Positions 38,938-49,255 of a stretch of 64,000 bases of DNA are shown in pieces. The stretch's first letter is position 1. Each line of letters opens with the position of its first letter. The notes below the pieces were generated by a model. It was not told the origin of the DNA and did no database searches. It worked only from the letters and a program-made list of their open reading frames with translations. The DNA comes from Dehalococcoidia bacterium (GTDB lineage Bacteria > Chloroflexota > Dehalococcoidia > Lucifugimonadales > Australimonadaceae), in the NCBI GenBank assembly GCA_963668465.1, contig OY764542.1, forward strand, positions 1,844,363-1,908,362, read 5' to 3'. Position numbers and translations under genes: made by a program.

Positions 38938-41149
38938 CGTTCCATTCCTTGGGCGGTACGTTGGGGTCATCGGGCGAGGCGGGGACAATGGCAGGTTCAG
39001 GTTCGAAGACGTGCGTCGCGCCGTTCGGGACCGCGTCGGAAACCGGAGCGGGAGCGTCGCCGCCATATAGCGCCGGAGCAGGCGCTGGAAGCATTTCGCC
39101 GACGTCAGGAATCGGCGCGGATGCGGCGATGGCATCGCTCACGTACGGAGTCGAGACCGGAGCGAATGCCGGCGGGGGCGCTTCGCTCACTTCCGGAACC
39201 GGTGCAGGCACCGAAGGCGCATCACTCGCGTACGGCGACGGGGCCGGAACAGGCGCGGACTGCGGCGCTTCGCTCACTTCCGGAATCGGTGCAGGCGCCG
39301 AAAGCGCATCACCCGCGTACGGCGACGGGGCCGGAGCAGGCGCGGACTGCGGCGCTTCGCTCACTTCCGGAACCGGTGCTGGCGCTGGTGGCATATCACT
39401 CGCGTACGGCGACGGAGCCGGAACAGGCGCGGACTGCGGCGCTTCGCTCACTTCCGGAACCGGTGCTGGCGCTGGCGTACCACCCGCATACGGCGACGGG
39501 GCCGGAGCGGGCGCGGACTGCGGCGCTTCGTTCACGACCTGCCCGCCGTAGCCGACCGCGGCGCGGATGAGGTGTCCGCCTCCCGCGTCGCCGGAGCGTT
39601 CGCCGTTGGAACGCTGCTCGCCTGTGCGGACGATAACGGTGAGGGCCTGGTCAAGCGCTTCCTGCAGCACGGCCTCCACTGCCATGCGGCGGCGCGGGTC
39701 CTCCAGTTCGCTCATCAAGCGCTCGCTGTTCGACTGGTGTGGGAAAGTGACGATGAGTTCGGAACCCCGGATCTCCCTGTGCGCCGAACTGCGGAGCAAC
39801 GCGGCAATCTCAAACTTGTCCTTCGGCACACGGGCGAGTGACTTGAGGATCGTCGGCCATAGGGCGGTGAGGCGTTGGTCGATGGGCGCCGACGGGTCCA
39901 GGGGCGGAGGAGGAGCGGCAGGCGGCGGAGGCCGCCGGTTGGCGGGCTGCGGGACAGCGGGCGCTGCCGGACGGGGAGGCTGAGGGGCCGCCGCCGGGGG
40001 TTGGGCCGGGCGGGGCGCGGCGGCCGCAGGCGCCGGGGCCGGAGCGGCGGGAGCAGGCGCGGCAGTCTCGGTCGGCAAGCCGAGTTCGACCGCGGCGAGC
40101 TCCAGCGGGAGCGGCGACGGCTGGTCGAACCGGAATGAAACGTGGCCGAACAGCCGCAGCGCGCGCATGATCTGCTCCAGCGGCACGCTGTTCGCGACGA
40201 ACGAGAGCTGCGATTCGGTGTCCTTGGAGAGGTCCAGCGCAGATGTCGCGCCGCTCTTGATGAGGAGTGCAGCGCGCAGGAGTTCAACCGTCATGCGGTG
40301 GAGCGGACGCAGGTCCACCCCCTCGTTCGCAACGCCGTTGATGACTTCGAGCGCCTGTCCCGTATTGCCGGTGAGCAGGTGCTTGACGAGCGCCAGAGCG
40401 CTCTCCTCCCCGCTGATGCCGAGCAATTCCCGCGCCTGCTCGACGGTAACGCGCGAGCCGAACGACGTGATGAGCTGATCAAGCAGGTTCGTTCCGTCGC
40501 GCAGGCTGCCGCCGGACGCGCGCCCGATGAGGCGCAGCACCTCCGGCGAGACCTCCACGCCTTCCTCCTGTGCGATGCCCGCGAGCCGCTCCGTCATGTC
40601 CTGCATGGCGATGCGGTGGAAATCGAACCGCTGGCACCGGGAGATGATAGTGGGCGGGAGGCGTTCAGGCTCAGTGGTGGCGAGGACGAACACGCTGTGG
40701 GGAGGAGGCTCCTCCAGCGTCTTGAGGAACGCGTTGAAGGCGTCGTTGGTGAGCGCGTGCGCCTCGTCGATGATGTAGACCTTGTTCCTGCCGACCGTGG
40801 GGGCGAAGCGCACCTTCTCCCGCAGGTCGCGGATCTCGTCGATCCCGCGGTTGCTGGCGGCATCGACCTCGATGAGGTCGATGAAGCTGCCGTTGTCGAT
40901 GGCGCGGCAGTTGTCGCACGCGCCGCACGGGTCGCCGATGGTCGGCGGACGCATGGTGCAGTTGAGCGACTTCGCCAGCACGCGTGCGGTGCTGGTCTTG
41001 CCGGTGCCGCGCGGACCGCAGAAGAGGTAGGCATGGGCCGTCCGTCCGTGCGCGACGGCCTGGGTGAGCGTCTGGGTGATGGGGCCCTGCCCGACGATGT
41101 CGGAGAAGCGCGGGGGCCGCCACTTCCTGTAGAGCACTTCTCCTGCCAT
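38930..41149 (-). CDS. dnaX: DNA polymerase III subunit gamma/tau with repetitive Pro/Ala-rich C-terminal region
   Basis: 'GPRGTGKTS' and 'IIDEAHALT'. Zn module 'CGACDNC'. 87-nt tandem repeats lie at about 39090-39540. Confidence 0.9.
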   Translation of the reverse strand: MAGEVLYRKWRPPRFSDIVGQGPITQTLTQAVAHGRTAHAYLFCGPRGTGKTSTARVLAKSLNCTMRPPTIGDPCGACDNCRAIDNGSFIDLIEVDAASNRGIDEIRDLREKVRFAPTVGRNKVYIIDEAHALTNDAFNAFLKTLEEPPPHSVFVLATTEPERLPPTIISRCQRFDFHRIAMQDMTERLAGIAQEEGVEVSPEVLRLIGRASGGSLRDGTNLLDQLITSFGSRVTVEQARELLGISGEESALALVKHLLTGNTGQALEVINGVANEGVDLRPLHRMTVELLRAALLIKSGATSALDLSKDTESQLSFVANSVPLEQIMRALRLFGHVSFRFDQPSPLPLELAAVELGLPTETAAPAPAAPAPAPAAAAPRPAQPPAAAPQPPRPAAPAVPQPANRRPPPPAAPPPPLDPSAPIDQRLTALWPTILKSLARVPKDKFEIAALLRSSAHREIRGSELIVTFPHQSNSERLMSELEDPRRRMAVEAVLQEALDQALTVIVRTGEQRSNGERSGDAGGGHLIRAAVGYGGQVVNEAPQSAPAPAPSPYAGGTPAPAPVPEVSEAPQSAPVPAPSPYASDMPPAPAPVPEVSEAPQSAPAPAPSPYAGDALSAPAPIPEVSEAPQSAPVPAPSPYASDAPSVPAPVPEVSEAPPPAFAPVSTPYVSDAIAASAPIPDVGEMLPAPAPALYGGDAPAPVSDAVPNGATHVFEPEPAIVPASPDDPNVPPKEWNDE

Positions 41150-41688
41150 CAGGCCGCTCCCGCTCCGTTCCAGGAGGGGAACAGCGCGCTCAACGCCTGC
41201 TGCTCTATCGCGCGCATCGCTGCTTCTTCCTCCGGCTCCGCATGGTCGTGTCCGAGCAGGTGCAGGATGCCGTGCACGACGAGCAGCGCAGCCTCCCGCT
41301 CCACCGGCACATTGTGCTCGCGCGCCTGCCGTTCTGCCATCGGGTAGGAGAGCACCACTTCGCCCAGGCTCGATTCTTCGTCCGGGAGCGCCGGGAACCC
41401 GTTCTCCAGGGGAGGTTCGCCTGCGGGGAGCGCGGTGTCCTCCGCAGGCGCGCCGTACTCGCCGAACGAGAGGACGTCGGTCACCTCGTCGAAGCCGCGG
41501 AAGCGCAGGTTCAGGTCGTGGAGCGTCTCGTCGTCGGCAACGACGACGCTCGCGCCAGAGCGTCCGTCCGGGTCTGCCAGTGCAAGCGCTGCAGAGGCGG
41601 CGCGGCGCACCGAGGCAGCGGGCGCCGCTCCCTTGAAGAGCGGGAACACGCGAACGTCAACGCGCCGTTTCTGGGGTCGTGTGGCCAT
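41149..41688 (-). CDS. ybeY: rRNA maturation endoribonuclease YbeY
   Basis: RBS GGAGG precedes ATG 41688. 'HGILHLLGHDH'. The stop overlaps the dnaX ATG by 1 nt (TGATG). Confidence 0.85.
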   Translation of the reverse strand: MATRPQKRRVDVRVFPLFKGAAPAASVRRAASAALALADPDGRSGASVVVADDETLHDLNLRFRGFDEVTDVLSFGEYGAPAEDTALPAGEPPLENGFPALPDEESSLGEVVLSYPMAERQAREHNVPVEREAALLVVHGILHLLGHDHAEPEEEAAMRAIEQQALSALFPSWNGAGAA

Positions 41689-41856
41689 GCCGTTCCGCCT
41701 CCCCGGAACCAGCGGATGGTAACAGGGCGCAATGCCGTGCGGCACCCGGTGATCGGCAGAGAATCGGCATCTCTCGACCCGGTCTGTGCGGCGCGGGTAT
41801 GATGCAGCACGGTCCGGCGGCGCGCCGGGCGCAACCACACCGCAGGGGAGCACACC

Positions 41857-42384
41857 ATGGAAGCCCACGAGTTGATCGCGGACGGCCTCGGCCGAGTCAA
41901 CCAGCTGCTGCACCGCGCGCTGACCGGCGCGCCCGCAGAGATGCTGAACCGGATGCCGAACGGCCATTCGAACTCGATGGCCTGGCTCGCGTGGCACCTC
42001 ACGCGCATCCAGGACGACCATTTCGCCAGCCTCGCGGACGAGCCGCAACTCTGGACGAGCGAAGGGTGGCACGAACGCTTCGGGATGCCCGCGGACGACT
42101 CCATCACCGGCGGAGGCCACACGCTCGAAGAGGCCGCAGCCGTACAGGTGGACTCGGCGGACGTGCTGCTGGGCTACAACGACGCGGTGTACGAGCGTTC
42201 GAAACGCTACCTTGCGGGCGTTACCGAGGCTGACTTGGACTGCGAGCTGAACGAGCCGCAGTACACGCCACTCCCCACCCTTGGGGTACGCCTCGTCAGC
42301 ATCGTCTCGGACAACACGCAGCACGCAGGACAGGCCATGTACCTGCGTGGCTACTTCGACGGGTTCGGATGGCAGCGGCGCTAA
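41857..42384 (+). CDS. DinB-fold metalloenzyme-like protein
   Basis: A four-helix DinB_2-like pattern with 'WLAWHLTRIQDDH' and 'NTQHAGQAMYLRG'. Confidence 0.7.
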   Translation: MEAHELIADGLGRVNQLLHRALTGAPAEMLNRMPNGHSNSMAWLAWHLTRIQDDHFASLADEPQLWTSEGWHERFGMPADDSITGGGHTLEEAAAVQVDSADVLLGYNDAVYERSKRYLAGVTEADLDCELNEPQYTPLPTLGVRLVSIVSDNTQHAGQAMYLRGYFDGFGWQRR

Positions 42385-42408
42385 GCCGCGCCGCACGAAA
42401 GGACACTC

Positions 42409-42924
42409 ATGAACGCAGTTGACCTCTACTTCGACGCCCTGAACCGGGCGGACGGCTACACGCGCCGCGCCCTGGAAGGCCTGACCTACGACGAGCTGCG
42501 CCACCAGCCAGGAGGCGAAGGCAGCAACCCCATCGGCTGGATCGTCTGGCACATGACGTGGGTGCGCGACTTCATCACCGCAGGCGTGACCGGCGAGCGG
42601 CCGCTGTGGGAGACGGAAGGCTGGGCGGAGCGGTTCGGCATGGAGGCGCCCCCTCCCCGCTTCACGCCGGAGAATGTGCACACGTTCGACCCGAAGGACA
42701 TTGAGACGCTCACCGGCTACTTCGAGGCCGTCGCCGAGAAGACGGCAGCCGTCGTTCGCGGCTTCACGCCTGAAGACCTGGACCGCCTCCTGCCCTCGGC
42801 GTCGCCGGACAGGCCGCCGCAGTCCGTGGGCCAGCGGCTCGGAGCCATCCTGAACGACAACATCCAGCACGTCGGTCAGGTGACGTATTTCCGCGGCGTC
42901 CTCCGCGAACAGGGGTGGTTCTAA
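42409..42924 (+). CDS. DinB-fold protein (paralogue)
   Basis: 'WIVWHMTWVRD' and 'NIQHVGQVTYFRG'. Confidence 0.7.
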   Translation: MNAVDLYFDALNRADGYTRRALEGLTYDELRHQPGGEGSNPIGWIVWHMTWVRDFITAGVTGERPLWETEGWAERFGMEAPPPRFTPENVHTFDPKDIETLTGYFEAVAEKTAAVVRGFTPEDLDRLLPSASPDRPPQSVGQRLGAILNDNIQHVGQVTYFRGVLREQGWF

Positions 42925-42926
42925 GC

Positions 42927-43739
42927 ATGACCGAGAGCCTTCCCGAAGAGACGGCCATCCCGCAGTTCAGCCTCGACGCCTTCTCCCTCGCAGGACGCAC
43001 GGCGATCGTGTCAGGCGGCAGCGACGGCATCGGCCGGATGATTGCGCACGGCTTCGCGGACGCGGGCGCGAATGTTGTCGTCGCGGCGCGCGGGCCGGAG
43101 AAGATCGAGAGCGTCGTCGCGGAGATAGAGGACAAGGGGCACGCGGCCCTCGGCGTTCCCACCGACGTGACCGACCCGGACGCCGTGCGCGCGCTCGTCG
43201 AACGCGCCATCGAACGCTTCGGCCAGGTCGACATCCTGATGAACGTCGTCGGCGGCTCGCAGGGGCCGACGTTCAAGCGCGGGCCGCTCCTGGAGCTGAC
43301 CAAGCACGACTTCAACGAGGCGTTCAACATCAACGTCACGAGCGCGTTCCTCTGCAGCCAGGCCGTCGTGCCGCACATGCTGGAGCGCGGAGGCGGCGTC
43401 ATCATCAACATGGCGTCCATCGGCGCTCGGGACTACCGCCTGCCGGAGCCCGGCATGAGCGTCTACAACATGACCAAGGCGTCGGTGATGCACCTCACGC
43501 GCAGCATGGCGAAGGAGTGGGCGCCCACGATACGGGTGAACTGCATCAACGCCGGACACTTCATCACGCCGCGCCGCGCCCGGACGGAGCACCCGGACCG
43601 GCGGGCGCGCAGCCTCGCCGAGATCGAGATCGACCGGTTCGGCAGACCTGAGGACATCGCAGGAGCGGCGGTCTTCATCGCCTCGGACGCCGGTGCCTTC
43701 TTCAACGGCTCCTACCTGGACCTGCACGGCGGCACCTAA
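42927..43739 (+). CDS. Short-chain dehydrogenase/reductase
   Basis: 'AIVSGGSDGIGR' and 'YNMTKASV' (YxxxK). Confidence 0.8.
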   Translation: MTESLPEETAIPQFSLDAFSLAGRTAIVSGGSDGIGRMIAHGFADAGANVVVAARGPEKIESVVAEIEDKGHAALGVPTDVTDPDAVRALVERAIERFGQVDILMNVVGGSQGPTFKRGPLLELTKHDFNEAFNINVTSAFLCSQAVVPHMLERGGGVIINMASIGARDYRLPEPGMSVYNMTKASVMHLTRSMAKEWAPTIRVNCINAGHFITPRRARTEHPDRRARSLAEIEIDRFGRPEDIAGAAVFIASDAGAFFNGSYLDLHGGT

Positions 43740-43769
43740 GAACAAGATTCGGACAAAAGGGGAGGGTTC

Positions 43770-44555
43770 ATGGACCTGTCGCGTTTCTCCATGGAAGGGC
43801 GCACCGTCATCATCACCGGCGGCAGCGGCGGTATCGGACGAGGCTGCGTGCGCGCATTCGCGCAGGCGGGAGCGAACGTCGTCGTGGCGTCAGTGCCCGC
43901 GGACACCATCCCTCCGGCGGTCGAAGAGGCTGAGTCCCTCGGCGCGCAGGCGCTGGGCATCACCGTGAACGTCGCCGAGCCCGACGAGATCGACGCCATG
44001 GTCCAACAGACGCTCGATCGCTTCGGCCGCATCGACGCCCTCGTGAACGTCGCCGGCGGCTCCTACAGCCGCAACCCGGACATGCCCCAGTACAGCCGCG
44101 CTTCGCTGCTCGAGATCAGCGGCGAAGACTTCGTCGGCGCGTACATCGGCAACGTCATGACCACGTTCCTCGTCTCCAGGGCCGTCGTGCCGCACATGAA
44201 AGCGGTCGGCAAGGGCGCCATCGTCAACATCGGCTCCACGTCGGGGCTCGACCGCCACCCGAACGCACCCGACATCGCGGCCTACGGCACAGCCAAGGCT
44301 GCGGTGCACAGCCTCACGTTCCACATGGCGCATCAGTGGAAGCCGGAGGTGCGCGTGAACTGCATCGCTCCTGGCACCATCAACACGCCCCGCCCGGCAG
44401 GCACGGTGCGCCCCGAGATGTCGAGCGCCGGGGAGCGCATCGCCGTCGGCAGAGTGGGCGTCGGCGACGACATCGGCAGCGTCGCGCTCTTCCTCTGCTC
44501 CGACGCGGCGGGTTTCGTGGACGGCATCGTCGTTCCGGTGCACGGCGGCGAATAA
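43770..44555 (+). CDS. Short-chain dehydrogenase/reductase
   Basis: 'VIITGGSGGIGRG' and 'YGTAKAAV'. Confidence 0.8.
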   Translation: MDLSRFSMEGRTVIITGGSGGIGRGCVRAFAQAGANVVVASVPADTIPPAVEEAESLGAQALGITVNVAEPDEIDAMVQQTLDRFGRIDALVNVAGGSYSRNPDMPQYSRASLLEISGEDFVGAYIGNVMTTFLVSRAVVPHMKAVGKGAIVNIGSTSGLDRHPNAPDIAAYGTAKAAVHSLTFHMAHQWKPEVRVNCIAPGTINTPRPAGTVRPEMSSAGERIAVGRVGVGDDIGSVALFLCSDAAGFVDGIVVPVHGGE

Positions 44556-44598
44556 CCCGCAGGCGTCCCGCAGCGCTCGCGCGTCGTAAACTGGCTGC

Positions 44599-45417
44599 GT
44601 GACAGCGCAGGCGTACCACGACGGCCTCAAACGTCCTCCTCCGGGGGGGCGCCCCCGCGCCTACAAGACGGACGGGCTCGTCCTGCGGGCCTACCGCATG
44701 CGCGACGCCGACCGCCTCGTGACGGTGCTGACGCCGTCGCTGGGCAAGCTCAAGCTCACCGTGCGCGGCGCGCGAAAGCTCACGAGCAAGCTCGGCGGTC
44801 ACCTGGACGTACTGAACCGCGCCCACCTCGCCATCGCCATCGGGCACACCTTCGACGTCGTCACCGGCGCGGAGTCGGCGGAGTCGTTCGCCGAGGTGAA
44901 GGCCGACCTTTCACGCCTGGCCGAGGCGCTCTACCTTATGGAACTGGCCGACCTGCTCATGCCGGAGGCTGCGCCGCATCCTGCCGCATACCAGCTCCTG
45001 CTCAACGCCCTGCGCGCGCTCGAAGCCGGGCGAAGTCCCGCCTCGGTGGCCCGCCACACGGAACTCGGCCTGCTGGGCGACACGGGCTACATGCCGGAAC
45101 TGCACTCCTGCATCATGTGCCGCCGCGAGATCGAACCCGAGCACCACCGCTACGTCGCCGCGATGGGTGGCGTCGTCTGCGACGAGTGCCCCGCGCCGGC
45201 GTCGAGCGTCCTCCCGCTCTCCGTAGACTCGCTCAAGGTGCTGCGGCACTTCGCCGAGCGTGGCGTCGCAGAGGCTTCGCAGGTCGCGCTGAGCGGCGCC
45301 GTGCGTGACGAACTGGAGACGGCGCTGGGGGCGTCTGTGCGCTACGTGCTGGAGCGCGAGCCGCACACGGCGGGGTTCGTGGAGCGCGTCGAGCACCTGC
45401 GCGAGCGGGGCGCGTAG
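44599..45417 (+). CDS. recO: DNA repair protein RecO
   Basis: GTG start. OB-fold N-terminus 'GLVLRAYRMRDADRLVTVLTPSLGKL'. Zn motif 'CIMC...CDEC'. Confidence 0.8.
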   Translation: MTAQAYHDGLKRPPPGGRPRAYKTDGLVLRAYRMRDADRLVTVLTPSLGKLKLTVRGARKLTSKLGGHLDVLNRAHLAIAIGHTFDVVTGAESAESFAEVKADLSRLAEALYLMELADLLMPEAAPHPAAYQLLLNALRALEAGRSPASVARHTELGLLGDTGYMPELHSCIMCRREIEPEHHRYVAAMGGVVCDECPAPASSVLPLSVDSLKVLRHFAERGVAEASQVALSGAVRDELETALGASVRYVLEREPHTAGFVERVEHLRERGA

Positions 45418-45422
45418 GCGCC

Positions 45423-45821
45423 CTAAACGATGACGACCGGCTCCTCCGCCACCGTCCCGTCGAAGATGGTGTAGAGCCGCACGGCCGGCGACTGCTTGTC
45501 CATCAGTGAGACGAGCAGGTAGTACGGGTCTGGCCAGTTCGCGGCGAGGCGCACGTCGGTGTCGGACGGGTAGGCGGGGCTGTGCGTGTGCGAGTGGTAG
45601 ATCACCTGCATCTCCCAGCCGTTGTCGTCCAATTCGCGGAGCACCATGTTGAGCTCCCGCCCGTCCATGCTGTAGCGGTACGGGCTCTTCTCCGTGTTCG
45701 TGATGCGGTAGTGCTGCAGCACGATCCCGCCCGCACCGGCGAGTATCCCGCAGCACTCGTTGGGGTCTTCCTCCAGCGCATGCTGCACCATGGCGTCGCG
45801 AATCTCGGCGGGTATCTCCAT
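45423..45821 (-). CDS. JAMM/MPN+ metalloprotease-family protein
   Basis: 'ECCGIL' and the JAMM motif 'HSHTHSPAYPSDTD'. Confidence 0.8.
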   Translation of the reverse strand: MEIPAEIRDAMVQHALEEDPNECCGILAGAGGIVLQHYRITNTEKSPYRYSMDGRELNMVLRELDDNGWEMQVIYHSHTHSPAYPSDTDVRLAANWPDPYYLLVSLMDKQSPAVRLYTIFDGTVAEEPVVIV

Positions 45822-45928
45822 CGTCGTCTCTTCTCCGAAGCTGTGGCTGTCCGAAGCCCGATTATACGGCGCACGGCTCCGCGCCCCGAGGCTCGGTATA
45901 CTATGACAGAGGTTTCAGGAGGCTGGCC

Positions 45929-46180
45929 ATGCCGAACGGCATCACGGTGAAGATGGACAATGGCGGGACGCGCGTCGAGGTGCGCTCCCAGAACCAGGCG
46001 GGGCTGCTCTACGCGGTCCCGGCGGAGGCCAGTTGGGTGGCGACCCCAGACCAACTGCACGCGCACGCCCTCGCCGGCTTCTTCACTGACCTCATGAAGA
46101 TGGAATCGCAAGAGGTCTCCCGGCTGATGGAGAAGTGGGGGCTCTACTTCAGGCCCCTGGAGTTGGAGCAGCAGGAATAG
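45929..46180 (+). CDS. Hypothetical small protein (83 aa)
   Basis: RBS AGGAGG lies 7 nt upstream. Codon usage is GC3-rich. No recognisable motif. Confidence 0.5.
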   Translation: MPNGITVKMDNGGTRVEVRSQNQAGLLYAVPAEASWVATPDQLHAHALAGFFTDLMKMESQEVSRLMEKWGLYFRPLELEQQE

Positions 46181-46312
46181 GGCTTCCCGCCGCACCGGGC
46201 TCGTGCAAGGGCAGCTCGCAGAGGCCTGAACGACACGCGAGCTTTGCCGGTTCACTCGTGGTGCGGTAAGCTAGATTCAGGGGAGATTGCGCCCCTTGGA
46301 GCTAACGAGTCG

Positions 46313-48163
46313 ATGGGCAATCGCTGGATCGGCAACACTTTCATCTACCTGATCATCTTTGTGGCGGTCATCGCCGTCTTCTTCATGCTGTTCTCGCCCG
46401 GGCAGGACGGCGAGGAGAGCGACCTCACCTCGATCCTGGCGTTGGCGCAGACCGGACAGATATCGAGCATCGTCGTCGACGGCGACCGCATCGTTGCCAC
46501 CTCGCGAAATGCCAACCAGCAGCTCGTCGCCGCCAAGGAGCCGGGCACCAGCATCTTCGAGATACTCCAGTCCGCGGAGATAGACCCCGTGGCGAGCGGG
46601 ATCCAGGTTGAAGTGCAGCGCAGCGGAGGGCTCGGCAGCCTGTTCGGGATACTGCTGCAGTTCCTGCCGCTCATATTCTTCGGCGCAATCCTGCTCTTCA
46701 TGATGCGCCAGGCGCAGGGGAGCAACAATCAGGCGCTGGGGTTCGGGAAGAGCCGAGCGCGCATGAACACCGGCAACCGTCCGACAGTGATGTTCTCTGA
46801 CGTTGCAGGTGTGGAGGAGTCCAAGACCGAGCTGCAGGAGGTCGTGGAGTTCCTCAAGTACCCGGAGCGCTTCCTCGCGCTCGGGGCCCACATCCCAAAG
46901 GGGGTGCTGATGGTCGGCCCGCCCGGCATCGGCAAGACCCTGCTGAGCAAGGCCGTTGCGGGAGAGGCCGGCGTGCCATTCTTCTCCATCAGCGGCTCCG
47001 AGTTCGTGGAGATGTTCGTCGGGGTGGGAGCATCCCGCGTACGCGACCTATTCGACCAGGCGAAGCGCAACGCGCCGTCCATCGTCTTCGTCGACGAGAT
47101 CGACGCCGTGGGACGGCACCGTGGCGCGGGACTGGGCGGAGGCCACGACGAGCGAGAGCAGACGCTGAACCAGATCCTCGTCGAGATGGACGGCTTCGAG
47201 ACGAGCACCAACGTCATCGTCATCGCCGCGACCAACCGACCCGACATCCTGGACCCGGCGCTCCTGCGGCCCGGACGCTTCGACCGCCGCGTGGTCCTGG
47301 ACCTGCCAGACATCAACGGACGCGTCGCCATCCTGGAAGTGCACTGCAAGGGCAAGCCGCTGGGAGACGACGTTAACCTCGAGCGCCTCGCCCGCCAGAC
47401 GCCGGGGTTCAGCGGCGCCGACCTGGCGAACCTCGTCAACGAGGCCGCCATCCTCGCAGCGCGGCGGGACCAGAAGACCGTCGCCATGTCCGACATGCTG
47501 GAGTCCATCGACCGCGTGACGATGGGGCCGGAGCGCCGCACGCGGGTCATCTCCCAGAAGGAGAAGGAGATCGTGGCCTACCACGAGGGCGGACACGCGC
47601 TCGTGGGGCACCTGCTGGAGCACGGAGACCCCGTGCAGAAGATATCCATCGTCTCGCGCGGCATGGCCGCGGGCTACACCAAGTCCCTCCCCGAAGAGGA
47701 CAGGATGTTCTACTCCCGCCCGCAGCTCATCGACCGCATCACGATGGCGCTGGGCGGTCGCGTCGCTGAGGAGATTACGTTCAACGAGGTCACCACCGGC
47801 GCGAGCAACGACCTGGAGCAGGTGACGCAGATAGCGCGAGCGATGGTCACGCGCTACGGGATGAGCGAGAGCCTGCTGCCCCGCACGTTCGGCAAGCGCG
47901 AGGAGATGGTCTTCCTCGGGCGTGAGATCTCCGAGATGCGGGACTACTCGGAAAAGGTCGCGCAGGAGATCGACGAGGAGGTGCAGTCCATCGTTGTGGA
48001 CGCGTACCACTCTGCCAAGCGGCTCCTGCTGGAGAACTACCCCAAGCTCGTCCAGATCGCGCGTTACCTCATGCTCAACGAGAGCATCGAGGGTCCGGAC
48101 CTGGAGCAGCTCTTCGCCTCCGACGCGCCTCCGCTGGACGGCGCAGTCCCCGCCCACGCCTGA
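46313..48163 (+). CDS. ftsH: ATP-dependent zinc metalloprotease FtsH
   Basis: Two N-terminal TM helices, 'GPPGIGKT', 'FVDEIDA' and 'HEGGHAL'. Confidence 0.9.
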   Translation: MGNRWIGNTFIYLIIFVAVIAVFFMLFSPGQDGEESDLTSILALAQTGQISSIVVDGDRIVATSRNANQQLVAAKEPGTSIFEILQSAEIDPVASGIQVEVQRSGGLGSLFGILLQFLPLIFFGAILLFMMRQAQGSNNQALGFGKSRARMNTGNRPTVMFSDVAGVEESKTELQEVVEFLKYPERFLALGAHIPKGVLMVGPPGIGKTLLSKAVAGEAGVPFFSISGSEFVEMFVGVGASRVRDLFDQAKRNAPSIVFVDEIDAVGRHRGAGLGGGHDEREQTLNQILVEMDGFETSTNVIVIAATNRPDILDPALLRPGRFDRRVVLDLPDINGRVAILEVHCKGKPLGDDVNLERLARQTPGFSGADLANLVNEAAILAARRDQKTVAMSDMLESIDRVTMGPERRTRVISQKEKEIVAYHEGGHALVGHLLEHGDPVQKISIVSRGMAAGYTKSLPEEDRMFYSRPQLIDRITMALGGRVAEEITFNEVTTGASNDLEQVTQIARAMVTRYGMSESLLPRTFGKREEMVFLGREISEMRDYSEKVAQEIDEEVQSIVVDAYHSAKRLLLENYPKLVQIARYLMLNESIEGPDLEQLFASDAPPLDGAVPAHA

Positions 48164-48192
48164 GCGCGCCTCGCGTCGTCTAACTCTCGCCC

Positions 48193-48220
48193 GTAGGGGC
48201 GGTTCGCGAACCGCCCCTAC
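48193..48220. terminator. Perfect 28-nt palindrome gtaggggcggttcg/cgaaccgcccctac between convergent genes
   Basis: Read directly from the sequence. It lies between the ftsH stop and the hydrolase stop. Confidence 0.6.
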
Positions 48221-48259
48221 CCCGCGCACGCTTATAGCAGCGCTTCTACCTGCCTCGCC

Positions 48260-49183
48260 TCACAGCCCGAGGCGCTCGTCGAAGTAGTCCACCAGGTACG
48301 CCTCGTAGTGGTCGGTGTAGTCTTCCCACCCCTGGCTGTGCTCACAGCCCTCGTAGACGGTCATCCGAGGTGGCGCCTGCACCTGGGCTCGTATCTGTAT
48401 CAGGTGTTCGAGCGGAACGCGCTCGTCGGTGGAGCAGTGGACGAGGCCAAGCGAGTAGTCGTAGAGGGCAACTGAGTCGACGGGTCGCACCTCGCTGATG
48501 TCCAGCCTCTTGGCGACGCGAGCGACGAACAGGATCCCCGGCCGCAGCGCGGTAGCGCTCCAGCGCGCCGCTCTCGTGCGGTCGGCGACCTCCTGGATCA
48601 GCAGGTCGGACACGCTGGTGAACGCCGAATCGGAGAACAGGCCCACCACCGCAGGTTCGTCCACCGCCGTCAACAGCGCGATGGCGCCCCCGAAAGAGTC
48701 GCCGTACAGCAGCACGCGACCCGGCTCCGCACCGCGGTGGGTCAGCACGTAGTCGATCGCGCCCCGCAGGTCGTCCTGCTCGTGGATGCCCGCGCCCATC
48801 TGGGCAGGGTCGGACTCGCCATGCCCGCGCAGGTCGAAGGCGAGCACTGAGTATCCCCCGTCCACCAGCGCCTTGGAGAGCCCCAGCGACGAGTCCCGCG
48901 TGCTGTCCAGCCCGTGGATCTTGACGACGGTGCCCTTCGCGTCCTTTGCGGGCATCCACCAGCCGCGCAGGGTGAGCTCCGGCCAGTCGCGCGGCGAGAA
49001 CTCGACCTCCTCGTAGGAGAGCCCGTACTCCTCGGGGAACTCCTCGATCTCGTTCCGTTCCGCAACGAGCGCGGTGTTGACGATGTAGAACGAGACGAGC
49101 AGGTAGAGCAGCCCAAGAGCAGCGACGACGGCAACGGCGAGCAGGGCTCTGCCGCGCGGGGAGGTGGGGAGGGCGGGTCGCAT
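48260..49183 (-). CDS. Membrane-anchored alpha/beta hydrolase
   Basis: N-terminal TM helix, nucleophile elbow 'GDSFGG' and 'HG' oxyanion region 'KIHGLD'. Confidence 0.75.
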   Translation of the reverse strand: MRPALPTSPRGRALLAVAVVAALGLLYLLVSFYIVNTALVAERNEIEEFPEEYGLSYEEVEFSPRDWPELTLRGWWMPAKDAKGTVVKIHGLDSTRDSSLGLSKALVDGGYSVLAFDLRGHGESDPAQMGAGIHEQDDLRGAIDYVLTHRGAEPGRVLLYGDSFGGAIALLTAVDEPAVVGLFSDSAFTSVSDLLIQEVADRTRAARWSATALRPGILFVARVAKRLDISEVRPVDSVALYDYSLGLVHCSTDERVPLEHLIQIRAQVQAPPRMTVYEGCEHSQGWEDYTDHYEAYLVDYFDERLGL

Positions 49184-49255
49184 AATGCAGGCTATTCTAG
49201 GTCAACCACTCCCCAAAGCGTCACGGATTCGGTACGCTGGTTTGCAGAGAAGCCG

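Noticed and set aside
38930-41149. Programmed -1 frameshift in dnaX (gamma/tau) as in E. coli or Thermus
   Set aside because: I saw no A/T homopolymer or slippery heptamer by eye in the gene. It cannot be excluded without computation, but there is no evidence for it.
41689-42870. N-terminal ~390 aa of the 573-aa minus-strand ORF 41149..42870
   Set aside because: Only the last 179 aa (YbeY, with its own GGAGG RBS at ATG 41688) look real. The upstream part is antisense to two DinB-fold genes.
45423-45821. JAMM/MPN+ protein as part of a ubiquitin-like (CysO/MoaD/ThiS) conjugation or sulfur-transfer system
   Set aside because: No beta-grasp protein ending in Gly-Gly and no E1-like or CysM-like gene is adjacent. 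The neighbouring 83-aa ORF ends in '...LELEQQE'. Nothing in the window supports a system.
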